DNA of 64,000 nt from Squalus acanthias (taxonomy: Eukaryota), in the NCBI GenBank assembly GCA_030390025.1, contig JASTWF010000033.1:1986001-2050000 (forward strand), given 5' to 3'. Positions 11,352-22,374 of the stretch are shown here, piece after piece. The translations under genes were made by a program, and so were the position numbers. The notes below the pieces were generated by a model. It was not told the origin of the DNA and did no database searches. It worked only from the letters and a program-made list of their open reading frames with translations. Position 1 is the stretch's first letter, and each line of letters begins with the position of its first letter.

Positions 11352-13905
11352 TTTAGCGAGATACCTGCCACTCCGTATGGACGCTCTACCTTATCTCCCT
11401 TAGCCAGCGTCTCCAGAACAGACTTTAGGACGGGATCCCGTGCCTGGACAATCTTTAGGTCCGGGGCCAATGCTACCCCTGCACTCCCTTAGGCCCCACC
11501 TCTGTCTCTAATCGCTACTACCTGACTCGACCCATATGGATCCCAAAACGTGCCCGTTCGAGCACCCTCTTTGGTCATCACGTTGGCCTGCTGATTGCCC
11601 TCCGCACGGGGTTCCGCCTTTGAATGGGCCTTAACTTTGTGGATATAGAAATCCTCCTGGGTTCCTATACTTGTTATGATCTGTTGCAACAATGGCTTTG
11701 TTGCTCGGGGTTTCCCGTCTGCAGATGTGAACCCGCGACAAGACCAAATGGCTAAATATTCTGCACTCGAATTGCAAGTGAACATGCTGTCCGAGCAAAT
11801 AGTATAGGGCGTAGGGTACACTTCGGGGTGAGTAACCACATACACCACCGCCGACAGTTCAGCGTGCTGGGCGCTCATGGTGCTCAGGAGTTTAATGGCC
11901 TTGGCAATGCCTGCCTTTGGGTCAAAAATCCCGCATCCAGTGAGTCGCTCCCCTGCCACCACTGTACTGGACCCGTCTACATGGATCCCAGCCCGAAACC
12001 CTATGTCTACGTCCCATACCCCTTCAACAGAACATTTGTGGGCCACCCCTGGGTAGATCAAATTTGCGGGGAGCTTAGGCTCACAGAGGCCTTTCACACT
12101 CAAATTCGTCTGAGAGAGCAATAAAGTCCAGCGAGCAATGCGTGCACTGCTCACCGTGACGTCCTTTATCCTCCCTTCCAGAAGCATCTGAGTGGGCGTA
12201 TGATGGGTTACGAGAGTTAACGGGGACGCCCCCGTGAAGATTTGTGATCTCCTCACTGCCCAATGTGTGGCAAGCAGGTGCCTCTCACAATTGGAGTACC
12301 CCCTCTCTACATCTGTGAGGATTCTTGATGAGTATACCACAGGCCTCAGCTTGCCATGCCACTCCTGGAGCAGCACTGTGCTGAAACTGTCCCCGGTGGC
12401 AGCTACCTCCAAAATGAACTCCTTTCCCCCATCAATCGCTCCTAAAGCTGGTGCGGAATGCAGATCTCTCTACAGACGACTAAAAGCTGCCATGCAGTCC
12501 TTATCCCACTCCCTTGTGAAGGAGCCGGAGTAGAGGAGCTGCCGTAGCGGCATAGTACTCTATGAAATCCCTGCAATGCCCTGTGAGTCCCAGGAAGGAT
12601 CTTACCTCCGTAACCGTGGTCAGGGCAGGTAGCTCCTGTACCGCCTTCCTTTTCGCCTCATCGATGGCCCTCTCCCCAGCACGTATGGTCAGCCTGAGGA
12701 ATTTTACGTCCTGCTGGCCGATCTGTGCTTTCTTGGGATTAACCTTGAACCCAGCTTCTTTTAACAGACTCAGCAGCTCAGCCAGCAGGGGGCCATGCTC
12801 CTCCCCCTCGTTCGAGAACAAAAGCAGGTCGTCCACGTACTGTACAAGCTGCTGCGGTCTGCTGAACCCTTTTAAACAGTTGGCCATATATTGGTGGAAA
12901 ATCGAAGGACTGTTATGAAACCCTTGGGGGAGGCAGGTCCATGTGTACTGCTGACCCTTGAAAGTGAATGCGAATTTATACTGGTCCTCCCTTTTGAGAG
13001 GGATAGACCAGAATCTGTTCGAAATGTTCAGCACCGTGAATGTTTTTGCGGATGCCGGGATACTCCCGATCAGGTCGGCTGCGGCTGCGATGGTGGGGAC
13101 ACAGGCTGGGGTGTTCTTTAAGAACCCGATAGTCCACAGTGGCTCTCCACGAATTGTCCAGTTTCCTAACCGGCCAAATCGGAGAGTTCACATGGGTCGC
13201 TATGGGTCTCAACACACCCTGCTCAACCAGTGATCCCAATGCCATCTCTAAATCCGCCTCTGCCTCTCTGGGGAAGTTGTACTGTTTCTGTGGTCGGGCC
13301 ATGGGGTCTCCTTCTACTCTGACCTCCACCCCTATTACCCTCCCACAGTCGTGCTTGTGTGTAGCGAATGCCGTGAGGTTGGCTCGCACATCCGCTCTGT
13401 ACTCCGCCGGGGTAGAAGTGACCAAAGGTTCAAGGTCATAACTACCCTTGGGCTTCACCGTACACACGGTTCCCTTGCCTTGCTTCCCTAGTATAACTAC
13501 CACCTCCTTCTCCTTTCCCATGCACACTGCGCCCCAAAGACAGTGATTCCGGAAATCCACCAATATCTTGTGGGCCAGTATCAAGTCTGCCCCCAAAATG
13601 CCTATTCCCTCCCGCTCCCACCGCATCAGCACACATTTCCACTCCATACAGAGTGTACCCAGATCGATGGCTAGCGGGATGGAGAAAGGCCCAGCCTGTT
13701 CGTTCCCGGTGAACCCTACTAAGTTATATGGGACCCCACTCGACAGAGGTGCTGTAGTTGGGTTATCCGCATAGACAATGGTGCTTGAAGCTCCAGTGTC
13801 CAGCAGATAGGTCCCTTGCACCTTCTCCACCCCCAGCTTCACGCACGGTCTCTTCCAAGCATCATAACTTAGTGGGCACAGGTAAACGGGCTGAGAAGCC
13901 CCTAG
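11352..13905 (-). pseudogene. pol: ERV-A pol: aspartic protease, RT, degenerate RNase H (tether) and a second catalytic-type RNase H, frameshifted
   Basis: YLLDTGASSTIV; NSPIWPVRK..WRATVDYR; LPQGFHNSP..QYVDDLLLF; tether LEVAAT..RPVVYSSR..ERHLLA..THHTP; RH IHVDGSS..SAQHAEL..CSDS..KVKAH..GNQQAN. Confidence 0.95.
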
Positions 13906-13908
13906 TCA
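13902..13908 (-). promoter_or_regulatory. Putative gag-pol stop-codon readthrough signal UGA-CUAG
   Basis: Minus strand ..GAC CCA TGA CTA GGG GCT.. The gag stop is followed in the same frame by 21 sense codons leading into the protease ORF (13842). Confidence 0.75.
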
Positions 13909-15587
13909 TGGGTCGGGATTGTTCGGGGTGGATGGGAGTTCGCTGCCCACTGCTGCATCCACCCTACCCTGCCCTACCGGAAAGACTGCGCGGAGAGCAG
14001 CAACTAATACCGCGAACGGATCAGTGCTGCTTCCTGCCACAGCTGCGGCTTTCTGCACTGGCGCTGGAGGATCCACTTTTCCGCTCCTTTTGTCAGAGAC
14101 TGGGCAGTCTTTCCTCCAGTGCCCTTTACTCCCGCACCCATAACAAACCTGCTTCTTCTCTGAGCTACTCCCTTCCTGGCGCCACTCTCTTCTAACGTTG
14201 CCTCCACTAGGCTTTAACTCGTGTACTCTGCCCTTTGGTTTGTCATCCTCACCCCTACCATTCTTAAAAGAGAGAGTTAACTGCCGGATCACACTCTCTT
14301 CTGTGGTCTGGGGATCCCTGGAATCGAACCACCCCTCTGCTTTGGCCTTGATCCTGGGCAGGCTGTTCGCCACCAGGGTCCTCAGCCAATGAGGCCTAGG
14401 ATCCCCCTCCAGCTGCACACGGTCGGGCACCCCCACATAGGCAATCCGGTCGACGGTCCAAAGCCTGTCCGCGAAAGCCTGCGGTGCCTCCCCAGCTGAT
14501 TGCAGTGTCCTTTCCACTCGGGAGAAGGGACTTTCATCACTGAGGCCCATAGCCTTTAGGATGTCATCCTTTATCCACTCTAACGTACCCTGCCCCCTCT
14601 TGCTACCCGCTGAGAGCGACTGGTACAACCTACTATCCAGGGAAAATAATAGTAATTTGTCTGTCTCAGCTTGGTTACAATTGTTGATCCCCCCCCACCT
14701 GCTCCACATCCGTAAAATGGAGAGATGGGTCCCCTTTGCTGGTCAGTTTGGTCAGGTTAGAGACCATTGCCCGCAGCTGGGGGGTCGTATACGGGACCAC
14801 GAAGTCACTCTGCAGTGGTCCTTGCTCTTGACCGTCTACGGGCGCACCGTATTTCTGCTGCCGGACAGGGCACATGGGTCCTGGTCCCGGCACTTCGGGC
14901 GGTGGTCGAGCGTCCTCCTCTACCTCACAGTCCTCCTTATCTCCCTCCTGCTCTTCCTCATCTACCCGGGCCATTCCCGGAGCTACAAAGCAGACCATCC
15001 CTTTGGCCTTAGATACAGCATCGGTCAAATTCCGGATCTGCTCCTGGCCAGGACCATGATTACCCGTATCAAACCCTCTAGTGCTGGGGACTCTGTATGC
15101 CACCTGAATATCCTTCAACTGCTCTCCCAGCACCTTTACCTCACTCGACAAGCGAGCGTTCTCCTCCCTAACCACCCTCTCGTTCCCCTTTGCCTCAGTT
15201 ACCTGGCATCGCAGGAACTCCTTATGGTTACGGAAGGTTTCCTCCAGGCTTATTCTTCTCTGCTTCTCATCCCTTACCTCCGTGCATAACCAGCTCCCTA
15301 CTACAGCCCTTGCGTCTGTCTGTGCCATTGGACTCCCTGAGCTCTGCCTCTAACGTAGCAACCTGCTTATCTAGCAGTTCGACTTGTCTTTGTAGACAGA
15401 TGAGCCATATCGCCTTTTCAATGCTGCGCCTATGCTCCTTGCCCTCCGTCCATTCTGCCGCTGTGTCCACCGGACGCTCAGACTGGAACAAGCCTAGCAC
15501 CCACTTCTTAGTGACGTTAACCTTCTTAAACACATATGAAGAAATCCTTTCCTCCATTTGGGATCTTTTGCCAGAAGCACTGTCCAT
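13906..15587 (-). pseudogene. gag: ERV-A gag (N-terminal coiled coil, capsid-like region, single CCHC zinc knuckle), frameshifted
   Basis: First ATG after the PBS at 15587 (MDSASGKRSQMEE..). Heptad-rich LQRQVELLDKQVATLEAEL; QSAGEAPQAFADRL; CYGCGSKGHWRKDC. Confidence 0.9.
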
Positions 15588-15613
15588 GACTGATTTACTC
15601 TCCTTTAACCCAG

Positions 15614-15631
15614 GTCCTGCCGCGGTAGCCA
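15614..15631 (-). promoter_or_regulatory. Primer binding site complementary to tRNA-Arg(TCG)
   Basis: Minus strand TGGCTACCGCGGCAGGAC, 5 nt after the 5' LTR. The plus strand gtcctgccgcggtagcca matches the vertebrate tRNA-Arg-TCG 3' end GTCCTGCCGCGGTCG+CCA (recalled) at 17/18. Confidence 0.8.
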
Positions 15632-15636
15632 AGAGA

Positions 15637-16667
15637 TTTAAGTGGTTTTTGATCCTAGCCCAGTTGCTAGATGGACGATTCGAATCGCCCCCGCCTTACG
15701 AAAGTTCTATACCCGGGAATTATTATTCAGAGTGTAAATCAAATAAGTCATGGACAGGAATGCTTCAGCGAAAAATCAAACTTATATTTATTTGGTCTAA
15801 CATACACTGGCTAAAATGTGCACTACTAAACGAAATCACTGTCTCTGTGGAGAATAAAATCCAGGTTAAAAACAACAAACATACAGTACAAACTGGGGAC
15901 TATAAAATCCAGTATTTCCCGTGTTGCTATGGTGGACTCTAATTCCACCCCTAGCAACGAATTACCCAGTCGCATAAGGCCCTTCGCCTGTCTGAAACAA
16001 TGGAAGCCCCCACCCTCGGAATAGCCCAAAAACTTCACTTCTGAGAAAAACTCTGAGCCCTCTGGTTACCGGCTTGGGACACTCTAGACCATGCTTACCC
16101 CCACACGCAGTCCATCTCGATCGCTCCACTTAGCTGCTTCTTCCTATGGTCTTAATGTTAGATCGATCTTGGTGCAGCGAGAGCGATAGAGAGAGAGAGA
16201 ATGGTGGGAAAGTATCTATCTTTATAGGAGTCTTGCTACACCTATCTTTCCCGCCAATCTTTAAAATCCTTTTGTTTCGAAACACTCCGGTGCTGAATCA
16301 TTGATGGGTCATCCTCAAACCCATGTGTACTCCGTGATTGGAACAATGGTCCTAAGTCTGGGATATATTTCGGTCTTTCTGTTGGGCAAAACTGGCTCTT
16401 CTCCGGCTGGCTAGGCCAGTGGGTTCATTGTTCTGCTTCTCTTCTCAGATGGAGGTGAGAAGTGATTTTGAATATTCAGGATGACTGACAGTTATTGTGT
16501 CACACCCAACTGCCATGTGTTCTCTGGAGTTTTAACAAACCAGTTTTTCACATACTAAGACAGGGTGATCCCATCACAGGGAAAATACCCTCAGAAAAAT
16601 CCCATAAAGTCCACAAAATATTCTCGACTGAGTCCATTCTTCAAACAGAGACTTTGCGATCTCTTCA
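15637..16667 (-). repeat. ERV-A 5' LTR (1031 bp), TATAAA at 16221-16226 and AATAAA at 15787-15792 on minus
   Basis: Direct repeat of 4386-5417. Begins TGAAGAG; the terminal CA is mutated to AA; followed by the PBS. Confidence 0.93.
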
Positions 16668-17736
16668 GATATTATGTGAATTTGGGAGGGGCTGAGGATA
16701 TTAGGAGTGGTGGGGAGGAGCTGAGGATAATAGGTGGGGTGGGGAGGAGCTGAGGATATTAGGTGCGGTGGGGAGGAGCTGAGTATATTAGGTGGGGTGG
16801 GGAGGAGCTGAGGATATGAGGAGGTGTGGGGGAGAAGCTGAGGATATTAGGTGGGGTGGGGAGGAGCTGAGGATATTAGGTGTGGTGGGGAGGAGCTGAG
16901 GATAATAGGTGGGGTGGGGAAGAGCTGAGGATATTAGGTGGGGTGGGGAGGAGCTGAGGATATTAGGTGGGGAGGAGCTGAGAATATTAGGTGGGATGGG
17001 GAGGAGCTGAGGATATTAGGTGGGGTGGGGAGGAGCTGAGGATATTAGGTGAGGTCGGGAGGAGCTGAGGATATTAGTTGGGGTGGGGAGGAGCTGAGGA
17101 TATTAGGTGGGGTGGGGAGGAGCTGAGAATATTAGTTGGGGTGGAGAGGAGATGAGTATATTAGGTGAGGTGGTGAGGAGCTGAGGATATGAGGTGGGGT
17201 GGGGAGGAGCTGAGGATATTAGGTGTGGTGGGGAGGAGCTGAGGATATTAGGAGGGGTGAGGAGGAGCTGAGGATATTAGGTGGGGTGGGGAGTAGCTGA
17301 GGATATTAGGTGGGGTGGGGAGGAGCTGAGGATATTAGCTGGGTTGGGGAGGAGCTGAGAATATCAGGTGGGGTGGGGAGGAGCTGAGGATATTAGGTGG
17401 GGTGGGGAGGAGCTGAGGATATTAGCTGGGGTGGGGAGGAGCTGAGGATATTAGTTGGGGTGGGGTGGAGCTGAGGATATTAGTTGGGGTGGGGAGGAGC
17501 TGAGGATATTAGGTGGGGTGGGGAGGAGCTGTGGATATTGGTTGGGGTGGGGAGGAGCTGAGGATATTAGGTGGGGTGGAGAGGAGCTGAGGATATTAGG
17601 TGGGGTGGGAAGGAGCTGAGGATATTAGATGGGGTGGGGAGGTGCTAAGGATATTAGATGGGGTGTGGAGGAGCTCAGGATATTAGATGGGGTGGGGAGG
17701 AGCTGAGGATATTAGATGGGGTGTGGAGGAGCTGAG
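16668..17736. repeat. 29-bp G-rich minisatellite, block 1
   Basis: Unit gaggagctgaggatattaggtggggtggg, period 29. Confidence 0.97.
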
Positions 17737-20700
17737 TAAAATAAATAGGAAGATAGTGCAGTAGTCCCCTGGGTCCATCTCCCTCTCCGACATATTTTCC
17801 GTTTTGGATACTGATGGGGGAGATGGTTTCTCAGGGGAATGCATCAAGAGCCAAGTCAGTGGCTCTACGAGTGGCTCAGCTGCACAGGAGGGGAGGAAAA
17901 AGAGTGGGAGAGCAATAGTGATAGGGGATTCTATCGTAAGGGAAACAGATAGACGTTTCTGTGGCCGCAGACGTGACTCCAGAATGCTATGTTGCCTCCC
18001 TGGTCCCAGGGTCAAGGATGTCACTGAACGGCTGCAGGGCATTCTGAAGGGGGAGGGCGAACAGTCAGAGGTCGTGGTTCATATTGGTACCAACGACATG
18101 GGTAGAAAGAGGGATGAGGCCCTGCAGCAAGAATTTAGGGAGCTAGGGAACAGATTTAATAGCAGGACCTCAAAGTTTGTAATCTATAGATTACTCCCGG
18201 TGCCATGTGCTAGTGGGTACAGGAATAGGAGGATAGAGCAGATGAATGCGTGGCTAAAGAGTTGGTGCAGGAGGGAGGGCTTTAGTTTCCTGGATTACTG
18301 GGTCTACTTCAGGGGAAGGTGGGACCTGTACAAGTCGGACGGGTTGCACCTGAACCGGAACGGGACCAACATTCTTGCGGGGAGGTTTGCTAGTACTGTT
18401 GGGGTGCGGGGGGGGGGGCGGGGTAGGGGGGGTGGGTGTTAAACTAACTCGGCAGGGGGATGGGATGCGGAGTGGAGCTATAGTAGGGGGTGATGCACAG
18501 CCAAATATAGAGGAAAAAACAAGTCAGCCTGGAATGCAGAGCAAATATGTAACGACACAAGGGAGTATGGCAAGGCTGGATGGCATTTATTTGAACGCAA
18601 GGAGTCTTCCGAGTAAGGCAGATGAATTGAAGGTGTTGATGAACACATGGGAGTATGATATTGTTGCTATAACAGATACATGGTTGAGGGAGGGGCAGGA
18701 CTGGCAGTCAATATTCCGGGGTATAGAATCTTCAGGCGAGACAGAGGCGGGTGTAAAAGAGGAGGGGGTGTCTCAATATTAATCAAGGAGTTAATTACTG
18801 CTGTAAGGAGGGATGATATCTTAGCAGGTCCCTCTAATGAGGCCATATGGGTAGAACGTAAAAACAAAAAGGGACAAGCACATTGCTGGGAGTGTACTAT
18901 AGGGCCCCAGACAGTCAGGGGGAGATAGAGGAACAGATATGTGGGCAAATCTCAGAGAAGTGTAGAAATAATAGGCTAATAATAGTAGGGGATTTCAGCT
19001 TCCCCAATATTAACTTGCATAGTCAGAGTGTGAAAGGCTTAGAGGGTGCGGAATTCTTAAAGTGCATCCAGGAGAGCTTTTTGAGCCAGCATGTAGAAAG
19101 TCCTACAAGAGAGGCGGCGGTACTGGACCAAATTCTAGGGAATGTAGCCGGGCAAGTGGTAGAAGTGTTAGTAGGAGAGCATTTTGGTGAGAGTGACCAT
19201 AATTCGGTGAGATTTAAGGTAGTCATGGAAAAGGACAAAGATGGACCGGAAATAAATGTTCTAAATTGGGGGAAGGCCGATTTTAATATGATAAGGCAGG
19301 ATCTCGGCAAAGTTGACTGGGATCAGCTACTTGTAGGAAAATCCACATCAGAGCAGTGGGAGTCTTTCAGAAAGGAAATAGAGAGAGTACAACGCCAACA
19401 TGTTCCATAAAAGTCAAGGGTGGGACCAACAAGCCCAGGGAACCCTGGATGTCACGGGATATACGAGAATGGATTAGGAAAAAAAGGGAGGCTTTTGGCA
19501 GATACAAAGGACTGAAAATAGTGGAAGCCCTAGAGGAGTGTAGAAAGTGCAGGGGGGTGCCTAAAAAAGAAATTAGGAGAGCGAAGAGGGGGCATGAAAT
19601 AACACCAGCGGGCAAAATAAAGGAAAATCACAAGGTGTTTAATAAATATATTAAGGGCAAGAGGATAACCAGGGAAAGAGTATGGCCCAGTAGGTACCAA
19701 AGTGGCAATCTGTGTGTAGAGCCAGAAGATGTAGGTGGGGTTTTAAATGAATATTGTGAATCTGTGTTCACTATGGAGTAGGATGATGTAGGCATAGAAA
19801 TCAGAAACGGGGATTGTGATATACTTGAACAAATTAGTATTGAGAGGGAGGAGGTACTAGCGGTTTTAGCGGGCTTAAAAGTCGATAATTCCCCATTCCC
19901 AGACGAGATGTATCCCAGGCTGCTCTGTGAGGCAAGGGAGGAGATTGCAGGGGCTCTGACACAAATTTTCAGAACATCTCTGGCCACAGGGGAGGTGCCA
20001 GTGGACTGGAGAACAGCTAACGTAGTACCATTATTCAAGGAGGGTAGCAGTGATAAACCAGGGAATTATAGGCCAGTGAGCCTAACATCAGTGGTAGGGA
20101 AATTATTGGAAAAAATTATGAGGGACAGAATCAGCCTCCACTTGGAGAGGCTAGGATTAATCAAAGATAGTCAGCATGGCTTTGTCTGGGGGAGATCATG
20201 TCTGACCAATTTGATTGAATTTTTCGAGGTGGCGACTAGTTGTGTGGATGAGGGGAGTGCAGTTGATGTGATCTACATGGACTTCAGTAAGGCATTTGAC
20301 AAAGTCCCGCAAGGGAGACTGGTCAAGAAGGTAAGAGCCCACAGGATCCAGGGCAACTTGGCACATTGGATCCAAAATTGGCTGAGTGGCAGGAGGCAGA
20401 GGGTGGTGGTCGAAGGTTGTTTTTGTGACTGGAAGCCTGTGTCCAGTGGTGTACCGCAGGGATCGCTGCTGGGTACTTTACTATTTGTAGTGTGCATTAA
20501 TGATTTCGATATGAATGTAGGAGGTAGGATCAGTAAGTTCGCAGATGACACGAAAATTGGTGGGGTGGTAAATAGCGAGGAGGGAAGCCTCAGGCTACAG
20601 GACGATATAGACGGGTTGGTCAGATGGGCAGAACAGTGGCAACTGGAAATTAATCCTGAAAAGTGTGAGTTGATGCATTTTGGGAGGACGAACAAGGCAA

Positions 20701-21424
20701 GGGAATACACAATGAATGGTAGGATCAGTGGGACCTTGATGGGCATGTACATAGATCCCTGAATGCAGCAGGGCAGTTTGACAGGTGGTTAAAAAAGCAT
20801 ATGGGATAATTGCCTTCATTAGCCGAGGCAAAGAATATAAGAGCAGCGAGGTTATGATGGAGCTGTACAAAATACTAGTTAGGCCATAGCTGGAATACGG
20901 TGTGCAGTTATGGACGCCACACTATAGGAAGGATGTGATTGCATTGGAGTGGGTGCAGATGAGATTCTCCACGATGTTACCTGGGCTGCAGCGCTTCAGC
21001 TATGAAGAGAGACTGGACAGGTTGGGGTTGTTTTCTATAGAGCAGAGAAGGCTGAGGGGGGACCTGATTGAGGTGAACAAAATTATGAGGGGCATAGATA
21101 CGGTAGATAGAAACGAACATTTCCCCTTAGTAGAGGGGTCAATAACAAGGTGGCATAGATTCAAGGTAAGGGGCAGGAAGTTTAGAGGGGATTTGAAGAA
21201 AAATTTTACACCCAGAGGGTGGTTGAAATCTGGAACTCACTGCCTGAAAGGGTGGTAGAGGCAGGAACCCTCACAACATTCAAGAATCATTTAGATGAGC
21301 ACTTCAAACGCCAAAGCATACAAGGCTACGGAACAAGAGCTGGAAAATGGGATTAGGATAGACAGGGCTTGATGGCCGGCGTGGACACGACGGGCTGAAG
21401 GCCTGTTTCTGTGCTGTATACCTA
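17737..21424 (+). mobile_element. Near full-length CR1 LINE (ORF1 SGNH/GDSL esterase domain, ORF2 endonuclease plus RT), frameshifted, inserted in the minisatellite
   Basis: ORF1 AIVIGDSIVR..VVVHIGTND..DGLHLN. ORF2 YLNARSL..VAITDTWL, GDFSFP, SDHN, YMDFSKAFDKV, FADDTK. Confidence 0.95.
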
Positions 21425-22374
21425 TATTAGTTGGGGTGGGGAGGGAGCTAAGGACATTAGGAGGTTTGGTGAAGAGCTGAGTATATTTGGTGAGCTGGGG
21501 AGAAGCTGAGGATATTATGTGGGTTGGGAAGGAGCTGTGGATATCAGGTGGGGTGGGGTGGAGCTGAGTATGTAAGTTGGGGTGGGGTTGAGCTGAGGAT
21601 ATTAGGTGTGGTGGGGAGGAGCTCAGGATATTGGATGAATTCTGGAGGAGCTGTGGATTACAGGTGAGGGTCGGCAGAAATTTTTGATGTTAGGTTGGGT
21701 GGGGAGGTGCTGAGGATATTACATGGGGTGGGGAGGAGCTGAGGATATTAGGTGGGGTGGGGAGGAGCTGAGGATATTAGGTGGGGTGGGGAGGATCTGA
21801 GTATATTAGGTGGGATGGGGAGGAGCGGAGGATATTAGGTGGGGTGGGGAGGAGCTGAGGATATTAGTTGGGGTGGGGAGAAGCTGAGGATATTAGTTGG
21901 GGTGGGGAGGAGCTGAGGATATTAGGTGGGGTGGGAAGGTTCTGAGGATATTAGGTGGGGAGGAAAGGAGCTGAGAATATTAGGTGGGGTGGTGAGGAGC
22001 TGAGGATATTAGTGGGGTGGGGGGAGCTGAGGATATTAGGTGGGGTGGGGAGGAGCTGAGGATATTAAGTGGGGTGGGGAGGAGCTGAGGATATTAGGTG
22101 GGCTGGTGCGGAGCTGAGGATATTAGTTGGTGTGGGAAGAGCTGAGGATATGAGGAGGGGTGGAAAGGAGCTGAGGATATTAGGTGGGGTGGGGAGGAGC
22201 TGAGGATATTAGGTGGGTTGGGGAGTTGCTGAGGATATTAGGTGGGTTGGAGCGGAGCGGAGGATATTAGCTGGGTTGGGAAGAGATGAGGATATTAGGT
22301 GGGGTGGGGAGGAGCTGAGGATATTAGGTGGGGTGTTGAGACCTGAGGATATTAGGTGGGGTGGGGAGGAGCTG
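21425..22374. repeat. 29-bp G-rich minisatellite, block 2
   Basis: Same unit as 16668-17736. Confidence 0.97.

Larger units (their letters stand above)
4386..16667 (-). mobile_element. ERV-A: full-length decayed endogenous retrovirus-like provirus (LTR-PBS-gag-pro-RT-tether-RH-IN-env-PPT-LTR), lokiretrovirus-like
   Basis: Two ~1.03-kb direct repeats starting TGAAGAG on the minus strand, a PBS, a PPT and all retroviral motifs in canonical order. Multiple frameshifts and two nested insertions. Confidence 0.93.

Noticed and set aside
15614..15631. tRNA gene fragment
   Set aside because: Only the 18-nt 3' end including CCA is present, next to an LTR, so it is a PBS.
14561..15942. Long plus-strand ORFs (242 and 250 aa) antisense to gag, as possible accessory genes
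   Set aside because: Shadow frames of GC-rich gag and LTR with no recognisable motifs. Conservation cannot be shown from one copy.
17804..18442. Stand-alone SGNH/GDSL esterase genes (also 54549-55247)
   Set aside because: This is the known esterase domain of CR1 ORF1, directly upstream of ORF2.
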